Positions 1 to 8,900 of a DNA stretch of 64,000 bases are shown here, piece by piece (the stretch's first letter is position 1; every line of letters starts with the position of its first letter). Made by a program: the position numbers and the translations under genes. The notes under the pieces are model-generated. The model ran no database searches. It saw only the letters and a list, made by a program, of their open reading frames with translations, and was not told the DNA's origin. The stretch comes from a virus, in the IMG/VR virus record IMGVR_UViG_3300045988_108221, positions 1 through 64,000 of that record. The stretch is one strand, 5' to 3'.

Positions 1-1793
1 AATCCACAGGTACAGACCCAGAGGTGGCACAACAGATTTTAGATATGATTGTTGCCGCTGGTTCGTACTCGTTTAACCATTGTATCTCTGGGGATACAAT
101 CTTGTATCGTGACAAAGGTCGTCATAAACCATTGTCTATCGCAGAGATGTATAAAACAATGCACGACAGACAATGGGCGAAAAAGAACGGTCATAAGGCA
201 TTAAATAGTAAATATCATAGATATGGCTACGGTAAATCATTAAGTATTGTTGATGATGCAATTAAAATCAATGATATTGTTGACATTTACTATAAGGGTA
301 AAAACGATGTTTATATGGTGGAAACAGAAAATGGTTCTTTTGTGAAAGCAACAATGAAACATAAGTTTCCAACGCCAGAGGGCATTAAGTATCTAAAACA
401 ATTACAAGTCGGTGACGTATTATATGTTAAGGGTGATAGAAATGTTGTTAAGAAAACATATAATTTGACCAAATTGGAACGCTCTACAAATATACCAACC
501 AAAGGTCAACGAGGTTTCCAACGACAAAACTATAGTGCGACACGTAATTTTGAAGATGCCATTGAGATTGCAAAACAACAAGAAAAACCTTGTGAGATTT
601 GTGGTTGTGCGTATGGGTCAACACGATTTGAGATGCATCATAAAGACTTTAACCGTAAAAATAATGATACGGATAACTTCCAATGGTTGTGTGTTTCTTG
701 CCATAAAAAAGAACATTACAAGCATGGTCGTGCGAAAAAAGGCGACCACGGATATACCATCGTAGAAGACAAAATCAAGTCTATTACATATGTCGGTGTT
801 GAAGATGTATACGATGTTGAAATGGCACATCCGAACCATACATTTGTTGTCAACAACGGCTTGGTCGTATGCAACTCTCACTCTCAATCATACGGTTATA
901 TGGCATACATAACGGCATACTTAAAGGCACACTATCCGCTCGAGTTTTATGTCGCAACCATCAATTCCGAAGATGGAAATCAAGAGAAAATCTTGCCGTA
1001 CATCCAAGAGATGCAACGTAAGGGCATCAAGATATTACCACCTGACTTACGCCACAGTGACCGCCAGTGGACAGTTGAGGATGGCTCTGTGCGTGTTGGT
1101 CTTGCGTATATCAAGGGTATCAACAAGATTGAAAAACCACATGAATACACCGTAGATGCCATCTTTAGTAAGTACACTAAGTTGCAACTACAGGGTCTCG
1201 TCGGTAGTGGTGCATTGGACTTCTTGGGAGATACACATAAACTCATGGCTTTAATCCCTGAGTATAAGTCATACGATAAAGACCGCAAGAACGCTTTGGA
1301 TAAAATACATGAGTGGCAATCCAAGTTACAACAGCACGAAGAGACTATGTATACAAACGATGGATTGTTCTCTGACAAAGAATTAAAGTCTTTGGATAAA
1401 AAGAAACAGAACATCGAAAAGAAAATCCAAGAATGGACAGACAAGTATAATTCTATAATGCTCGTAGAATCGCCAAATTTAAGCTCTAAGGTGCCTGTGG
1501 TCTCTCTTAGGTATGAATACCTTGGATGCACATTTGAAGACCCATTACAGGCATATAACACGAATTTGGCAAACGGTCGTGATGTCAAGGCAATCATTGT
1601 GTCTGATTTCAAAACGAAGACAACCAAGGCAGGCAAACCTATGGCATATGTATTCGACCATGTTGGTAACAAATATGTCATGTGGTCTAATTACTTGGTG
1701 GAAATGAAAGTTGGTGTTGGATATTATATCCAAGTGCGTGGCGACACAATCACAAAGGTTAAGCCATTGGAATTAAAACAAAATAATGCGTAA
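1..1793 (+). CDS. dnaE: DNA polymerase III alpha subunit (DnaE), C-terminal part; 5' end outside window; interrupted by an intein
   Basis: Frame is open from nt 3. Extein junction GSYSFNH|C...N|SHSQSYGYMAYITAYLKAHYPLEFY matches the conserved DnaE FNKSH..AY...AYLK.HYP segment. Stop TAA at 1791-1793. Confidence 0.85.
   Translation, partial: STGTDPEVAQQILDMIVAAGSYSFNHCISGDTILYRDKGRHKPLSIAEMYKTMHDRQWAKKNGHKALNSKYHRYGYGKSLSIVDDAIKINDIVDIYYKGKNDVYMVETENGSFVKATMKHKFPTPEGIKYLKQLQVGDVLYVKGDRNVVKKTYNLTKLERSTNIPTKGQRGFQRQNYSATRNFEDAIEIAKQQEKPCEICGCAYGSTRFEMHHKDFNRKNNDTDNFQWLCVSCHKKEHYKHGRAKKGDHGYTIVEDKIKSITYVGVEDVYDVEMAHPNHTFVVNNGLVVCNSHSQSYGYMAYITAYLKAHYPLEFYVATINSEDGNQEKILPYIQEMQRKGIKILPPDLRHSDRQWTVEDGSVRVGLAYIKGINKIEKPHEYTVDAIFSKYTKLQLQGLVGSGALDFLGDTHKLMALIPEYKSYDKDRKNALDKIHEWQSKLQQHEETMYTNDGLFSDKELKSLDKKKQNIEKKIQEWTDKYNSIMLVESPNLSSKVPVVSLRYEYLGCTFEDPLQAYNTNLANGRDVKAIIVSDFKTKTTKAGKPMAYVFDHVGNKYVMWSNYLVEMKVGVGYYIQVRGDTITKVKPLELKQNNA
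81..875 (+). mobile_element. Intein (265 aa) with HNH homing-endonuclease domain inside DnaE
   Basis: Begins with Cys (CISGDTIL, block A). T-x-x-H block B (ATMKHKF). Ends HTFVVNNGLVVCN followed by +1 Ser. Internal CEICGC..HHKD..N..W.CVSCHKKEH HNH/zinc motif at ~591-716. Confidence 0.8.
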
Positions 1794-1805
1794 AACGCAA
1801 AAAAT

Positions 1806-1835
1806 GGGGAGTATACCTTAGTTGGTATACTCCCC
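1806..1835. terminator. Bidirectional intrinsic terminator between convergent dnaE and the lysis operon
   Basis: GGGGAGTATACC-ttagtt-GGTATACTCCCC, with a T-rich tail on both strands (ATTTTTTGCG on the minus strand). Confidence 0.8.
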
Positions 1836-1925
1836 ATTTATATTATGTAGAATATTTAACATACTAAAAAGACGATATCGGACATCCACTCTTGTCCGCT
1901 AGAGAGATGAAGAAGACCACCTCCG

Positions 1926-2420
1926 CTAACCCTTGGCAATTTTATACACAAGGGCAGTTCCAAGAACAATGTTTAAAATTTTACTGTTGCGGTTCTGTTG
2001 TTGTGCTTTCTTGATTATCTCTTTTTGCTGATTCAAGTATATTTCTGCTTTCTCTAATGATAGCTTTTGCATTTGTAGCATCTGTTCTTGCTGCCTTAAC
2101 GAGTTCTGTGCTTCTATCAATAGCTGTTTCTGCTCTCTTAGCTGACTCAAGGCTTCGAGTAACGCTTGTTGTGACTCGTTCGTTGACATCTTGGCTATGC
2201 TCAACTGCTGTTCTAGCTCGTTGATTGTATTCAACTGACTGTCTATTGTATTCTCCAGCGTGTCGAAGTTCTTCATTAGCACGTTGTATTGGCTTTGTGT
2301 CAATACGACCGTCTGCTCTGATGTAGCTCCAGATACAGATGGCACACATAAGAATAATCCCAAGAATAATAATACCGTTACGCTTTGGATTCGACATAAT
2401 GTATGTTCTAACATTTTCAT
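1926..2420 (-). CDS. Alternative-frame ORF (164 aa) almost co-extensive with 1981..2424; signal peptide, Q/L/E coiled coil, short hydrophobic C-terminus; coding status uncertain
   Basis: Its ATG lies 4 nt after the ATG of the other frame, behind the same AGGAGA SD with 8-nt spacing. 164 codons are open. Codon use (CAG/GAG/CTA-rich) is atypical for this genome. Confidence 0.3.
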   Translation of the reverse strand: MKMLEHTLCRIQSVTVLLFLGLFLCVPSVSGATSEQTVVLTQSQYNVLMKNFDTLENTIDSQLNTINELEQQLSIAKMSTNESQQALLEALSQLREQKQLLIEAQNSLRQQEQMLQMQKLSLEKAEIYLNQQKEIIKKAQQQNRNSKILNIVLGTALVYKIAKG

Positions 2421-2424
2421 TCAT
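1981..2424 (-). CDS. Type II membrane-anchored helical protein, last gene of lysis cassette (spanin-like candidate)
   Basis: ATGA overlap with the stop of the upstream ORF. N-terminal TM (GIIILGIILMCAICIW) followed by an R/E/A/T-rich helical domain. CAA/GAA-type codon use matches neighbouring genes. Confidence 0.6.
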   Translation of the reverse strand: MNENVRTYIMSNPKRNGIIILGIILMCAICIWSYIRADGRIDTKPIQRANEELRHAGEYNRQSVEYNQRARTAVEHSQDVNERVTTSVTRSLESAKRAETAIDRSTELVKAARTDATNAKAIIRESRNILESAKRDNQESTTTEPQQ

Positions 2425-2717
2425 CGTATCTCCTGTGGTGGCGGTGGCACAAGTGTGCCACGCTCGTATTCAAGGTTTTCTAATATTGAAATCTTTTGTT
2501 TTAACGACTCTCTCTCTTGTTTTGTTACTTGCAGTTGCATCCGTGTGACTTGCAACTCTTGCTCGGTTTCTTGTAATTGTTTTTCGTGTGTATGTATACC
2601 ACTAAATAATAGATACACGCACACGAATAATCCAATTAGACATATCGAAAAGACTGTACCAACCGTTTTCCACAATGGTGGTTTTGCAATATGATACCTC
2701 ATAGGCTGATACCCCAT
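2421..2717 (-). CDS. Membrane-anchored coiled-coil protein with PPPP tail (i-spanin-like lysis accessory)
   Basis: TM segment VGTVFSICLIGLFVCVYLLF, then heptad-rich QLQETEQELQVTRMQLQVTKQERESLKQKI, then PPPPQEIR. An alternative ATG at 2702 makes an ATGA overlap with the amidase stop. Confidence 0.55.
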   Translation of the reverse strand: MGYQPMRYHIAKPPLWKTVGTVFSICLIGLFVCVYLLFSGIHTHEKQLQETEQELQVTRMQLQVTKQERESLKQKISILENLEYERGTLVPPPPQEIR

Positions 2718-3277
2718 TCATTGCTTGCGATGAATCGTGCGTTACCACGAATTTGGTCTCCACCAGACCACGGTTGTTCATTCTCACGCAATACCCATAA
2801 ATCCCATCGTTCGCACGTTGAGTCTGGACCGTAGGTATTATTTGGGTATGGTGTTGGGTCGTTATAATACAAGTCCATACCATCTTTATTATCTGCGGCT
2901 TCCGCATGGGTCATTACATGCTGAATATCCAACGGAATACCGATTTGTACACAAAGTAATGCCACCAACCAACTGAGGGCATAAATTTGTTTTTCAGTCG
3001 GTGGTTCTGTACCCATGTTTGTCGGACTAATGGCATCGAAACAACCGTTTAACGTGATACCGATGGCACGACTGTTTCGCATATACGTATGGTCACGGTG
3101 TTCCGTAAACAAATCAACATCGGTATACATATTGCCGTCTTTGTCAATGCAGATGTGGTATTTATCGGTATGACTTTGGTTGTAATGACCAGCAGACCAA
3201 TGCAAATAGATATGGTCGATATAGCCTTGTGCATTTGTTGCCATCTCCATTAATTCGTCTTTTGTTAATTGTCTCAT
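2699..3277 (-). CDS. N-acetylmuramoyl-L-alanine amidase endolysin (Amidase_2/PGRP, T7-lysozyme-like)
   Basis: Shows the H.SAG...YH..IDKDG....H...N..AIGI..NG...T..Q......L......I......THAE pattern. ATGA overlap with the holin stop. Confidence 0.8.
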   Translation of the reverse strand: MRQLTKDELMEMATNAQGYIDHIYLHWSAGHYNQSHTDKYHICIDKDGNMYTDVDLFTEHRDHTYMRNSRAIGITLNGCFDAISPTNMGTEPPTEKQIYALSWLVALLCVQIGIPLDIQHVMTHAEAADNKDGMDLYYNDPTPYPNNTYGPDSTCERWDLWVLRENEQPWSGGDQIRGNARFIASNEWGISL

Positions 3278-3660
3278 TTCGTATCACCCATTTCATTATT
3301 ATTTATAACATTGTTTTGTTGTGGCTGTTTTGCGTGTGCTTTTGCATCTAATTCGTCTGACTCACCATTACCGTCCGAGTCAATTAAAGCAACACCATAA
3401 GCAAGCAAGCCTGTGACTGTCTGTGTAGAGAAGATTACGGAGACGAACAATCGCAACTCCGTTAAGAGAGACACGAGAATATTCACGTTTAATCCGATGT
3501 GCATTGCATAGATTGCGTATAACCATACAATCAAATAAATAAATATCGGAATAAAACTAGTGGTAATTACAAATTTTACGAATTGTAAGGAGTGAATATT
3601 CCCATGAGATTCTCTTAGTTTATCCCAATATTCTCTAGCTTTTATGAATAGTGAGTTCAT
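3274..3660 (-). CDS. Holin (multi-TM, charged C-terminus)
   Basis: Three hydrophobic segments followed by an acidic/basic tail. Sits immediately upstream of the endolysin. SD GGAGGTAATTA-ATG. Confidence 0.65.
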   Translation of the reverse strand: MNSLFIKAREYWDKLRESHGNIHSLQFVKFVITTSFIPIFIYLIVWLYAIYAMHIGLNVNILVSLLTELRLFVSVIFSTQTVTGLLAYGVALIDSDGNGESDELDAKAHAKQPQQNNVINNNEMGDTK

Positions 3661-3663
3661 TAA

Positions 3664-3930
3664 TTACCTCCGAGAATATTCCTCTAAGGCATCAATACGT
3701 TGTCCGATATGTTTAAGGTCGCTTTCCATGCCACTAAGTTTAATAGACATGTTGTATCGGTCAACACGACCTGTTTCAATATCTTTGAGAATTGCAGCAA
3801 TAGTTGTAGATAGATTGTCAATAGAGACTTTTAATGGGGAAATAATCATGACTTTAAAAACAAAGCCAATGAAACTTCCGACAAACACAAGTATACCACA
3901 TATCAAAGAAATCATTGTTAATAGTTCCAT
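3664..3930 (-). CDS. Small N-terminal-TM coiled-coil protein, first gene of lysis cassette (holin/antiholin-like)
   Basis: TM LLTMISLICGILVFVGSFIGFVF followed by an amphipathic helix. Lies downstream of the tail-fiber terminator. Confidence 0.5.
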   Translation of the reverse strand: MELLTMISLICGILVFVGSFIGFVFKVMIISPLKVSIDNLSTTIAAILKDIETGRVDRYNMSIKLSGMESDLKHIGQRIDALEEYSRR

Positions 3931-3970
3931 TGATTGCCTTTCTTACGAATTATAAACATATGTAAAACTT

Positions 3971-3993
3971 GGGGAGACGATGGTTGTCTCCCC
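3971..3993 (-). terminator. Intrinsic terminator after tail fiber gene
   Basis: Hairpin GGGGAGAC-n7-GTCTCCCC between 4004 and 3930. Confidence 0.6.
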
Positions 3994-4003
3994 TATTGTT
4001 TTA

Positions 4004-5074
4004 CTATAGAGCATCTTGAGATTCCATAATGGTGTTGGTATGATAACGATAGATAATGTTATATCCAGTAGGTTTCAATATCATAACATTGGAATCACCA
4101 ACTTGGATAGCTTTACCAATATACCATTTAGAGCGATTGTCGTCTGAAGCAACACGACTAAAGAATTTTTCTTCTTGACTTCCATATCCTTGTGCCTGAT
4201 AGTAAGAGAAATCAAGACGGAGGTTTACACCATGTCCAATACCTTGTGCAATGTTTCTCAAAGATGAGTTATTGTAAGGAGCCCACATTTGGCTAGTGAG
4301 AGCATCGTCTATGATTAATGTTTCAATATCTCCGACTTTAGTCTTAACATAGTCTTTGATTTTTTGGAACTCGCTTTGACCGAGAGTTGGTTGCATACGT
4401 TTGTCACCAACATGAGCTAACTCAACAACCTTGTTGTCATAAATTGAAACATTGACCTTGTCACTACCGCCTAAGCTGAGTTCTTTTGTCTCAACCAAAG
4501 AGCCTTTGTCAAATACAGAAGCTAGACGACCAAAGGAAATATTTATGTCCGAGATGTGATTGTCAACATAACCAAAATATTGTGCCACATAGGAGTCGCC
4601 TGCATTAGAACTTGAAACAGCTACTTCCGCAAGTCCATTAGAACCAAATTCAACAGTTTTATTGTCAACTTTTAATTTAAAATGTGGCTCACCAGTAAAG
4701 GTTAGATTTGGGTTACCAACCAAAATTGTAGACTGTAAAGCCATTGGAGCATAATTTGTTCGTGGCATTGGTTTGCCCCAGTTACCTAATAGTGCACTCA
4801 ACACAGAGTCTACGGTGGAGTCGTCACACCAGATGTTATTTTCTAGCAACTTTTGTCGTGCTTGCTCTGCTTTGGCTGTGCCACCGCCTTGCAGACTTGC
4901 AAGCCACTCTTGTTCCGTACCAATGAAACCGTTTCGGACGGCAACACGATATGCATCATCGCCATCTCTACCGTTTATACCGTCTTTCCCTGCTTTTCCC
5001 TCAAAATTTGGTATAGCAACATTGACCTGTATAGGGTCAACCAAAGAAATTTTTGTAATAGTATCATCTGCCAT
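4004..5074 (-). CDS. Tail fiber protein with collagen-like G-x-y stretch
   Basis: GKAGKDGINGRDGDDAY near the N-terminus. Last structural gene before the lysis genes. SD ACAGGAGACAAACT-ATG. Confidence 0.65.
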   Translation of the reverse strand: MADDTITKISLVDPIQVNVAIPNFEGKAGKDGINGRDGDDAYRVAVRNGFIGTEQEWLASLQGGGTAKAEQARQKLLENNIWCDDSTVDSVLSALLGNWGKPMPRTNYAPMALQSTILVGNPNLTFTGEPHFKLKVDNKTVEFGSNGLAEVAVSSSNAGDSYVAQYFGYVDNHISDINISFGRLASVFDKGSLVETKELSLGGSDKVNVSIYDNKVVELAHVGDKRMQPTLGQSEFQKIKDYVKTKVGDIETLIIDDALTSQMWAPYNNSSLRNIAQGIGHGVNLRLDFSYYQAQGYGSQEEKFFSRVASDDNRSKWYIGKAIQVGDSNVMILKPTGYNIIYRYHTNTIMESQDAL

Positions 5075-5095
5075 AGTTTGTCTCCTGTAAAAAAT

Positions 5096-5434
5096 TTAAT
5101 GCATAGAAATGTCATGGATAATCTCAATATCACCCATGCAAACTTTATAGGACTTATCATCCTTGAGAAGAAACACATCGTATTTACCCTTGCGTATTCG
5201 TTCATCAATACCAAGAGTTGTATCATATCCAATTTGTACCAAGACTTGATTGCCACTAATCGAACACATTGCCGTACACAAGACATTATTTTTCATGTCT
5301 CTGATTTTACATACCGCAGATGCATCATCTAGTGTAAAATCAGGGTTTTGACTGTTGATGATATACAGACGTTCCCAATCAGCACCAGTATGTAATGTCT
5401 CAGGTACATCAATCACATAGTTGATATTAATCAC
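5096..5434 (-). CDS. Hypothetical tail-associated protein
   Basis: GTG start overlapping the upstream stop. Located between the host-specificity protein and the tail fiber. Confidence 0.5.
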   Translation of the reverse strand: MININYVIDVPETLHTGADWERLYIINSQNPDFTLDDASAVCKIRDMKNNVLCTAMCSISGNQVLVQIGYDTTLGIDERIRKGKYDVFLLKDDKSYKVCMGDIEIIHDISMH

Positions 5435-5927
5435 CTGCCTTTATTATATTTAGTACAACAGTTATCCACCCAGATATTGTATGCTCAAATGATGTGCTAT
5501 TATTTTTACAATAAGCAATACCATCTGAGTTGATACCAACGAGATAGTCAGAGCCACGATACAATGGGAACTCTGGAGGTTTAACAATCGCACCAACATT
5601 TGGAGAATTAAATCTGTCGTCTGCCATTTGGAATGATACGATTGTTGCCCTGTATTTAGAACTTGGGTATTCTTCCGTGTAAACGGCATCCCCATGTTTA
5701 ATTCTAAAGATTAAGGCTTGAGAAGAACCATTTGATGGATTCTGTGGTTCTTCTGGGTTAATCTCTGGTTGTTCAATCACATAAGGTTTAATCTCGCCGT
5801 TTACCAACTGAATTTCCCATGTGTTGTAGAACTGTTCTGTTTCAATGGCGGTTGTGCCATCTATGTGTACTTCAATTGGTGATGAACATACGCATAAACC
5901 AGTGTTGTTGTCAAATATATAGAACAT
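5427..5927 (-). CDS. Hypothetical tail-associated protein
   Basis: Start moved to internal ATG (MFYIFDNN), 5 nt after the stop of 5933..9784. The track ORF extension overlaps the upstream gene. Confidence 0.5.
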   Translation of the reverse strand: MFYIFDNNTGLCVCSSPIEVHIDGTTAIETEQFYNTWEIQLVNGEIKPYVIEQPEINPEEPQNPSNGSSQALIFRIKHGDAVYTEEYPSSKYRATIVSFQMADDRFNSPNVGAIVKPPEFPLYRGSDYLVGINSDGIAYCKNNSTSFEHTISGWITVVLNIIKAGD

Positions 5928-5932
5928 ATGTT

Positions 5933-8900
5933 TTAACCTTTCTTGCCAATCACAAGAACATAAAGAACACCTAAAGCAATCCATTCGGTGTCTCTGTCAC
6001 CACGGTTGCTATAGTGAGTTGTTGTATTCCATGTACTTTCACATACAGCTTTTCTATTGTTAAGTCCAACAACACAGTTTAAATCTTTAGCTCCGTATTG
6101 AGAATAAATCCATGGTTGTTGACCTTGTAGATAAATAGTGCATCTCCCTATTTTTCGTTTATTGGCTACATCATATCTTTTTCTACCATCGTAATCGCCA
6201 GCGTTACTGTTGTATTTTTCTGTAAAATTATACCCAATAGGAACAAATGTACATTCGTTAACACTATAGTTGCCAATCGTTGGAACATCTTGACCGTGAG
6301 CTACAGTAAGAATTGCATAGTCTATATTCTTAACTTTATAGCCAGAGTTATATATTGAATCAGCACTAATGGTTGAACCTGTAATATTCGCACCACGGAT
6401 ATTGCCATTTGGGTCTACAGAGAATGTTCCGTTGTCATTTTTAATGGTAGAGCTTACGATTGTACCACTATGGACATCCCCCAAGTTAGCACTAATGGCA
6501 CTTAAGGAGTCAGCTTTAATTTTGTCAGCAGTTACTGCATTGGCTTGCAACATTTTGTCTGTAATAATGTTGTCGTCAAACTTAGCTTGACCTGTAACAT
6601 GAAGCAATCGACCATCAATCAATGTGCCTGCGGAAGACAAATTGATTTTCGATACCAGCTTGTCGCCTGTCAAGTTCTCTTCCACTTTAAGCTGGATTGC
6701 TTTTTCAGTCTGTGTTAACTGAGAGGACATTTCCGCTTTAGCATCGTCAATCTTCTTTTGTACAGTTGACGAGATACCATTCACGGTTTGAACCATTTGT
6801 GTTACACGACCATCAATAGCGTTAACTTGAGTTAGAATCCCATTCTTAGATTGTGTGATTTCAGACCGTAGTGTGTTTTCTGTATTAGAAATCTTGGTTG
6901 TGTTTGCGGTTACATCGTTCTTAATACCATCTACTTTATCACTAAGAGTAGACACAAAATCTTCAATCGTAGTCAACCCAAGAGCTTCTCTATCCAGCAT
7001 TTCTGCATCAATAGTTGCTTTGACTTGGACTGTTTGCTCAGGAGAGAACTCACCGAGTCCAAAGTAGTCTTCAAAGGCTACGGATACGTTATATAAACCG
7101 CCATCGCTATTGTAGACAAACAAAGGTTCTTTAGTTCTATAGTCTGTTCCGTCAATACGAACAACAGCTTCACAGCCTTTTGGTATAGCATTATAGTTTA
7201 CTCTAAAAGATTGTAAGAATGATTTAATTGTCACGGATGGAGCGGTTGGTTTTGGTAGATTGTACCCATACTTAGTAGGAGCACTATAGACTTCCTCTGA
7301 ATTGACTGCATAGACCCAAACAGTACCACTTCGACCAATTCGTGTTAAATCAATCTCTCCGCTGATTTCAGATGTCATTAATAACAGATTATTCTCTGTA
7401 AGAGATTCAGATGAGCGTACCTCATATCGGTCTATATCAGCGGTTGTTACACGTTTCCACGAGATAGTTACACTCTCTTTTGTAAATCTAATGGTAACAT
7501 TCTCTGGTGCAGATGGATTACCAATTTTTGGAACAATCGTATGTGTGTATGTTACCATTGACTCTTCGTGTGGTAATTCTTTAGAATCATATGGTATAAT
7601 TCTGAAATGAACTTTATCGTTTTTGTTTAAGCCAATCACAGGCATTATACCATGGCTAACACCATAAACTTTCCAATCACCAAGTACACCATTGCGTTCA
7701 ATCTGAACAGACACTTGTGAGTATCCATAGTTAACATCGTTTGGCTCTGTAAACACAAGCATAGCATCATATGTTGGAATACCATTGACTTTTTGACGGT
7801 ATACCTGTTCAACAGATACATTTTCTACAGGCTTAACAGTTTCTGGTAACAGATTAATTTCTTTAGAATTATCACCTGTTGGAGCGAATACTTTTAAGGA
7901 TGCACCAAATGCATCGTCGTAGATTGACGGATTGTATTGTTTAGCAGAGATTTCAAACGTACCGTCTTCTTCTTTCATCTCGACAATACGAACTTGTTGG
8001 TTTTCAAACAAGGTTTGTTTTTCGCCGTTTTCATCAATGTATGTTTTTGTGATTGTAACGACATCGCCAGCTTCAAGATGAGAAGCCATAAGACCTGTCT
8101 TGAATGTGACAGTAATCGGACACAAACGAATAATGTCTCGTGCAATTTTCCCAAGTCGTAAACATTGCGTTTGTCTGCGGACACCTTTGAACTCAATGTC
8201 TTGCTCCACAGGACGACCAATACCAATCGGTGGTGGTAATTGGTTTGTCGCATCTTCTACAATTAATTTAACCGCAGTATAATCCAATGCAGGTTCAACA
8301 TAAGTCAAATTAAACTTGTTTGGACTTTGTTCAATAGATGCTCCTTTATAGGATAAAGAGTTTTCAACGATATTGTCGTCATTAAATGCATATACAGGCG
8401 TTTCCAATCGTTCACACCGTAGCTTGATTTTATTGTTTGAAAACACAACGAATCCAAGGAACGAATTTAATATTGACTGCATATTTTCTAAATGAGATTT
8501 TGTCTCATTAAGAATAATATCAAGTTCATATCGCTTTTCTGACTTGGTAACACCATATGGGTCATTATATGTAATAACTTCATCGCAGTAGTTCGCAACA
8601 TCCGTAAATGATTCCATGTCAAGAACATCTGGTGTAATATATTTACCAGCACCATAAACATCGTTTGTTAAGTAATCATACAAACATACAGCTGGGTTTT
8701 TAGAGTATTCTGTCTTCCCTGTACGCCAATCATATACCTTGCGACCACGAACGATAGCTGTAATTGTTGGATTTCCTGCACCCATTTTATCAGTATATCG
8801 CAAATCTGCAACCATATACGCAATATTTGGATAACCACCTGTAGTTTTATAAGTCGATGGAGCTTCAGCATCGTGTTGTCCATTGTATAAGATAACAGTA

